Below are positions 33,699 to 37,874 of a stretch of DNA of 37,874 nucleotides, in pieces. The notes under the pieces were generated by a model, which saw only the letters and a list, made by a program, of their open reading frames with translations, had not been told where the DNA came from and did no database searches. The stretch lies in IMG/VR virus record IMGVR_UViG_3300030095_003206, positions 1-37,874 of that record, one strand, 5' to 3'. Origin of the DNA: a virus. Lineage: Duplodnaviria; Caudoviricetes. The position numbers were made by a program, and so were the translations under genes. Numbering within the stretch: position 1 is the stretch's first letter; every line of letters starts with the position of its first letter.

Positions 33699-36464
33699 TT
33701 ACCCATCGTGTGTTATGATGCGAGTGATAAGCGCGGTGATGTGGGCGGGCAGGGGTTCGTCATTTAGATAAACCGTTTGCCCCGCGGTATCCCAACCGCC
33801 ACGAATATTAATGCGCTTGTCGCCGGTAAATAACGGCGGGCTGCTGTCCATTGGGTCAGACCCCGTGCGAAAAATAATTTCATCTGCTGTCGATATGTCA
33901 GGGCCAATCTTGCCGCCCAGCGTATCGATGAGCCGCAAGGTGACTTCAAAGTCACGCTTGGCTTTACCTTGAGAAGTTCCGTCGTCGCCGCCAGCTTCCG
34001 GCCGCAACGTCTTCATTATGCACTCGTTCGCAAGGCCGATCTGCGCTTTCGTGACTGTCGGATCAACAGTCGAAATCGCGCCCGACGATACATTCCGCTT
34101 AGTGTAGACCGAACCGTTGCCAAGTATAGACACAGCTTGACCTTCCAAATGGCCAAGGCCAGTGATACTCGCAGCGGCAGCGCCCGAATATGAAAGTCCG
34201 CTGTCCACAAAGAATGCATCAGCTTTTGTTTGGTTTTCTTCAACGTCAAATTGATCGGAAAGGTATTCCACATAACGGCGGGTTACTCCGTTTATTGTGC
34301 GCTGCACAATCATCCACACTTCTTCTTCGCCGCTTGTCGATGACGGTATGACGGCAAGGCTTTCAACAACGGCAATGGCCTGATCTGTTGTTGTCAGGCG
34401 CGTCGTATCGCTAGATGTTACGGTCAACGGCCTGGCGCCGGCTGACGTTGTTTCTTCAACAGTAACAACCGCTGCTGCCGGATTGGCTACGGTAAAATCT
34501 GCATGGGCATTGATGCGGGTGTAGATGTTGTCAGCGGTTACATTATTGCTAGTGTTTGGTCGCCACCCCAGAGAGGTATCTGACGGGGCAGAGGCGCCCG
34601 CCGCTTCAGACGTGAACGTCACGGTTGACCCGTCTGACTTTGTAAACGTCAGCGTGGTGCCAACGGCGATGTTGGCATAGTCCGACACGGTAATCGTACA
34701 CGCGCCTGACACGCCGCCGATCTTGTGACGGTGCCATGCCACCACCTGTTGATCGCGCAGATACGTCATGCCGACAAGCTGTCCATCAGCTTTGACGCCC
34801 CACACAACCGTGCTTGGCTCCTGCTGATATGCAATTTCCGTAATGCCGCCCTTGCTGACCTGGTTGGACAGTATGGTCAGGTCTGGTGATTGAAAGCTGT
34901 CGCTCTCAAATGCGTACACAAACTCACGCAGCTTCCGCTGCTGGCGCTGGATAAAGACCACCACGTTATCGATACGGATGGGCCGGTGCGATGCCGATCC
35001 CCGTGTGCCCTCACGCACAACCCTGACGTTGGTTGGCGTCAGCGCGTCAGCCGTGGTTGACCCCGAAATAACGAACTCACCACCAACCGTGCCGATGGCC
35101 ATCACTTTGCCCGGTGACAACCAACGGATGGCGTTCACCTGGTCTGTGGCCAACGTGTAGATGACAGGATCGTCATCCAATGTGCCCGGCGTATGGTTTT
35201 CGTAATCGCCCGACTTGCTGCCAAACAGCGTCTGTGGTTGTTCACTGGTGCCGGCAAAGAACAATCGTTGTTCGTAGAACGCTACTGCTGCCGGAAACCC
35301 TGTCGTTTCAGAGAACGCGCCTAGCCGCCATTTGGCTTCAGCCGTTGTGCCGCCAAAGGTAGCATTAACGGTAACGGTAACCTCTGTCGTACTTGTGCGC
35401 CCTGTGACCGTAGCAAAACCCCATTGGATGCCGCCATCGCGCAAGAATTTCCAGGTGCAACTGTTGTCAACGATTTCGTCGCCTTCGCCGCTTGGCCCAC
35501 CCGATCCGGCAGACGTTCCAGCCTTTATACATTCATATACGTTGCCGCTGTTTCGCTTAACGTCACCAACAGCATAGCTTGTACTTGCCGCCCAGGCCGC
35601 TGCTTGGTGGCCGATAGATATAATGCGGCCTACGTCAGTCGTCTGGAACCCGTCACCACCATTAATGCCGGTAACGGCGCTGGCGGTAATTGTCCGCGAA
35701 CTACCCGACGCATGACTAGGCGTAAGGGTTGTCGTCGTAATGTTTTCGTCTTGATAAGGCCCGTCAGTGAACGTGATTTCTTCCAACGTCCAAGACGTAT
35801 GGCCCGTGCGCGACAGTTTGCGCGGCGCATAAGACGAATGCGTGAGGTAAAGTACGTCAGCAGATTGGGCGAACTGGATGTCAAACAAGTCTGCCGTGGC
35901 ATAGGTCGTTGTGACCGTGTATACCCGCGCCGCGGTGCCGGCAGACGAGTAGGCGGTAAACCCAGTAGAATTTATGTTTGTGTCATCAATGTCCGTTAGT
36001 TCAACAGTATTTGTTGTTTTGTTTTTTACTTTATAATACTTGCCGTTTAGTTCAGTCATACCAACAACAGATGCAATATAGATTTCATCGCCGTTAGAAA
36101 AGCCATGTGAGGTTGCCGTCACCACACAAGGATTGGCCTGTGTCGCTCCGCTAATGGTTTTGTTGGCCTCAAGGATTGCACCGTTGTCTTTGTAGAAGCG
36201 GACATACAGATTGCCGAACTCAATGCAATAGGCCTGGGTGGTGCTAAACTCAAACGGCACCAGCCGCGTCTTGGCAGACGATGTTTTGACCTCTTTGACA
36301 AAGCGTGTGCCTGGACGGCGGGTAATGCCACCGTGCGGCTGCACGATAAAGTTCTCTAGGGTTTCAGCGCCATTCGCATACTTGGTAATGTCCACGCGGC
36401 CGAACAGGTCTTTAGCTAGTTCACCCGCCGTCCAGTTGGTTTTGATCTGCGTAACGCGAGACAT
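33699..36464 (-). CDS. Tail nozzle / tail tubular protein B with inserted accessory domains
   Basis: NWTAGEL...GRVD, GGITRRPGT.FV, FAQSADV, FYEQRLFF, SKSGDYEN, FIQR..RKLRE, AWHRH, FFVDSG and GLGHLEG. Confidence 0.92.
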   Translation of the reverse strand: MSRVTQIKTNWTAGELAKDLFGRVDITKYANGAETLENFIVQPHGGITRRPGTRFVKEVKTSSAKTRLVPFEFSTTQAYCIEFGNLYVRFYKDNGAILEANKTISGATQANPCVVTATSHGFSNGDEIYIASVVGMTELNGKYYKVKNKTTNTVELTDIDDTNINSTGFTAYSSAGTAARVYTVTTTYATADLFDIQFAQSADVLYLTHSSYAPRKLSRTGHTSWTLEEITFTDGPYQDENITTTTLTPSHASGSSRTITASAVTGINGGDGFQTTDVGRIISIGHQAAAWAASTSYAVGDVKRNSGNVYECIKAGTSAGSGGPSGEGDEIVDNSCTWKFLRDGGIQWGFATVTGRTSTTEVTVTVNATFGGTTAEAKWRLGAFSETTGFPAAVAFYEQRLFFAGTSEQPQTLFGSKSGDYENHTPGTLDDDPVIYTLATDQVNAIRWLSPGKVMAIGTVGGEFVISGSTTADALTPTNVRVVREGTRGSASHRPIRIDNVVVFIQRQQRKLREFVYAFESDSFQSPDLTILSNQVSKGGITEIAYQQEPSTVVWGVKADGQLVGMTYLRDQQVVAWHRHKIGGVSGACTITVSDYANIAVGTTLTFTKSDGSTVTFTSEAAGASAPSDTSLGWRPNTSNNVTADNIYTRINAHADFTVANPAAAVVTVEETTSAGARPLTVTSSDTTRLTTTDQAIAVVESLAVIPSSTSGEEEVWMIVQRTINGVTRRYVEYLSDQFDVEENQTKADAFFVDSGLSYSGAAAASITGLGHLEGQAVSILGNGSVYTKRNVSSGAISTVDPTVTKAQIGLANECIMKTLRPEAGGDDGTSQGKAKRDFEVTLRLIDTLGGKIGPDISTADEIIFRTGSDPMDSSPPLFTGDKRINIRGGWDTAGQTVYLNDEPLPAHITALITRIITHDG

Positions 36465-36467
36465 CTA

Positions 36468-37022
36468 TTAGGCTCTCGCTGACAACCAGGTGTCTTCAGA
36501 CGCAGACGTTGTTTCCTGCGCGTCAACCAGCCTCGCTTCCTGTATTAGCGTTGCATAAGCGGCAGATGCCGATGCCACAACAGTCTGCGAGGACGTAATT
36601 TCATACGCCACGTCAGATGCAAGGCGCATGGCGTAAGCCTCTGTGAATTTCGCGTCATAGATTGACGTGTCCGTAACGTCGGCGATGTAAAGAATGTTAA
36701 GCGGTGCCGCTGCATCCGTAACAATGTTGCGTCCCTCAACGGCCCATTCTTCTGTCGTATCAACTTCAATGATCCGCAAGCAGTTTGATGGCCAGGGAAA
36801 CAGGTTGGTGTATTCCCACACGGGCGATGTCGTATCAGCCGCAAGGGAAACGCGGGTCATAGCAAAGTTCCACGGGTGGTCGCGCAAGCAATATTGTCGG
36901 CTTTGCTCATGGATGCGGTTAATAGCGCGGCCTTCAACCGTGTCATCCGTAAGCGCAGTAATCGCGTTGGCGCCCAAATAGGTCAGACCTTTGTTCGCAA
37001 TGTCTACAATCGATCCAGCCAT
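36468..37022 (-). CDS. Head-tail adaptor / tail tubular protein A
   Basis: VDIAN.GL..LGA..I, LRDHPWNFA..R..L, P.NCLR and F.EA.A.RLA. Confidence 0.88.
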   Translation of the reverse strand: MAGSIVDIANKGLTYLGANAITALTDDTVEGRAINRIHEQSRQYCLRDHPWNFAMTRVSLAADTTSPVWEYTNLFPWPSNCLRIIEVDTTEEWAVEGRNIVTDAAAPLNILYIADVTDTSIYDAKFTEAYAMRLASDVAYEITSSQTVVASASAAYATLIQEARLVDAQETTSASEDTWLSARA

Positions 37023-37039
37023 GCAAAACCTCCAAGAGG

Positions 37040-37060
37040 AAAGGGGGGCCGAAGCCCCCC
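37040..37060 (-). terminator. Intrinsic terminator after the capsid and cement genes
   Basis: Minus strand GGGGGGC-TTCG-GCCCCCC followed by TTTCCTCTT. Confidence 0.8.
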
Positions 37061-37066
37061 AATCCG

Positions 37067-37546
37067 TTAGTCAACGACGTAATGGACGATGAACGACATC
37101 GTTCCGATGGTTCCACCAGCCGCTGCCATGGTGGCAGCAACGTAGTAGTACCCACCTGGATCGGTGCTATCACCAGCCAGTTCGTACATCTTTTTACCAC
37201 AAGTATCGATGTTCGCTACTTCATGGCGAACGTCGGCAAGTGCAGCAGCATCGGCAACTGCCGTGGCAAAGACATCTTCGTCCTTAACCACACCAGCCGA
37301 TGTGTAGATGCCTACATTAAACGTGCAGGAACCACCCAACGTATCAGACCCGATGTAGAGGTGCGGGACCGTTGCGTTCGATGGTACGGGCGCCAGCATA
37401 ACGATGTCATCGTCGTCACTGTCTCCCGCTGCCAATTCCACGGTTCCTTGTGCAATCCGCACACGGCCGTGAAGCTCAGCAACATCGTTCAAGGTAGGAG
37501 GGGTTGCCTCAAAATTGGCAACCAGATCGGTGTTTTTAGTACCCAT
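37067..37546 (-). CDS. Capsid cement/decoration protein (Bbp16-like position)
   Basis: 159-aa beta-rich protein right after the capsid gene, before the terminator; GGAGGG RBS. Confidence 0.68.
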   Translation of the reverse strand: MGTKNTDLVANFEATPPTLNDVAELHGRVRIAQGTVELAAGDSDDDDIVMLAPVPSNATVPHLYIGSDTLGGSCTFNVGIYTSAGVVKDEDVFATAVADAAALADVRHEVANIDTCGKKMYELAGDSTDPGGYYYVAATMAAAGGTIGTMSFIVHYVVD

Positions 37547-37558
37547 TGGTCATCCCTC

Positions 37559-37874
37559 CTATGTTGGGTCGCATTCGATGTAGCCCACCAACTTTTCCTG
37601 CATACGAGTTGCGCCAATTGCCATGCTGCAAAATACTTGCGTGGCGTGGTTCTTGTCGGCTCGCTCAGAAATTTTGATGGACGGCTCAGAACCAACTGCG
37701 AGTTTCATTCCAGCCTTTTGGTAGAATAAAACTTTGTGATCGCTGTTGGTGTCGGTGCCAATCAGTTCAGTGCGGATGAACTCGAAACCCATGAAGGTAT
37801 CGACCTCACCATTCACAAGGGCTTTCACCGATGCGAAGTCTGAACTGGTAACTTCAGTTTGACCTAGAAGGTTC
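37559..37874 (-). CDS. Major capsid protein, C-terminal part (continuation of 665..1)
   Basis: ...VKALVNGEVDTFMGFEFI...ISERADKNHATQV...MAIGATRMQEK.V; same frame across the junction. Confidence 0.93.
   Translation of the reverse strand, partial: NLLGQTEVTSSDFASVKALVNGEVDTFMGFEFIRTELIGTDTNSDHKVLFYQKAGMKLAVGSEPSIKISERADKNHATQVFCSMAIGATRMQEKLVGYIECDPT
37776..37874. repeat. 99-bp terminal direct repeat (copy 2)
   Basis: Identical to 1-99. Confidence 0.97.

Noticed and set aside
35925-36165. Ubiquitin-E1 FCCH-like segment plus Gly-Gly-ending peptides as a ubiquitin-like conjugation system
   Set aside because: The FCCH-like domain is a structural insert in the nozzle; there is no E1/ThiF, E2 or JAB gene, the peptides show no sign of a beta-grasp fold, and only two of four end in GG
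37547-37561. T7-style capsid readthrough or frameshift extension
   Set aside because: The TAG is followed by another in-frame stop two codons later and no slippery sequence was evident
37559-37828. 89-aa ORF as a separate gene or capsid pseudogene
   Set aside because: It is the C-terminus of the capsid protein, in frame across the junction
37776-37874. 99-bp end repeat as a biological direct terminal repeat
   Set aside because: It falls mid-capsid gene and its length equals a common assembler k-mer; best explained as a circular assembly overlap
1-37874. tRNA or rRNA genes
   Set aside because: No cloverleaf with T-loop and D-loop consensus was seen in the few intergenic gaps; a tRNAscan run would be definitive

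Overview
The window is an apparently complete circular genome (about 37,775 bp; positions 1-99 repeat exactly at 37776-37874) of a dsDNA podovirus-like phage. Its structural module is BPP-1/T7-like: portal, scaffold, major capsid split across the contig junction, cement protein, adaptor, nozzle, ejection proteins and multi-part tail fibres. It also has a lysis cassette, a lambda-like replication/late-control arm (DUF1376 initiator, DUF3127 SSB-like, DUF6456-like, terS) and a recombination arm (serine recombinase, YqaJ, RecT, LexA-like HTH). I see no RNA or DNA polymerase, tyrosine integrase, tRNA, CRISPR or reverse transcriptase. An alphaproteobacterial, probably marine, host is an inference from gene families. 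The main unusual features are: (1) four small proteins that start Met-Cys and end in an LLG-type motif, located next to a GNAT acyltransferase, with the same two end signatures on a distant ejection protein; (2) a 3-kb opposite-strand early-type cassette between terS and terL, with repeated GGGCRATTKTGCCY hairpins before ribosome-binding sites and visible GAG/CTC avoidance; (3) an ADP-ribosyltransferase-like domain inside an ejection protein; (4) a structured leader before the capsid gene. All family assignments come from motif recognition by eye, not database searches.
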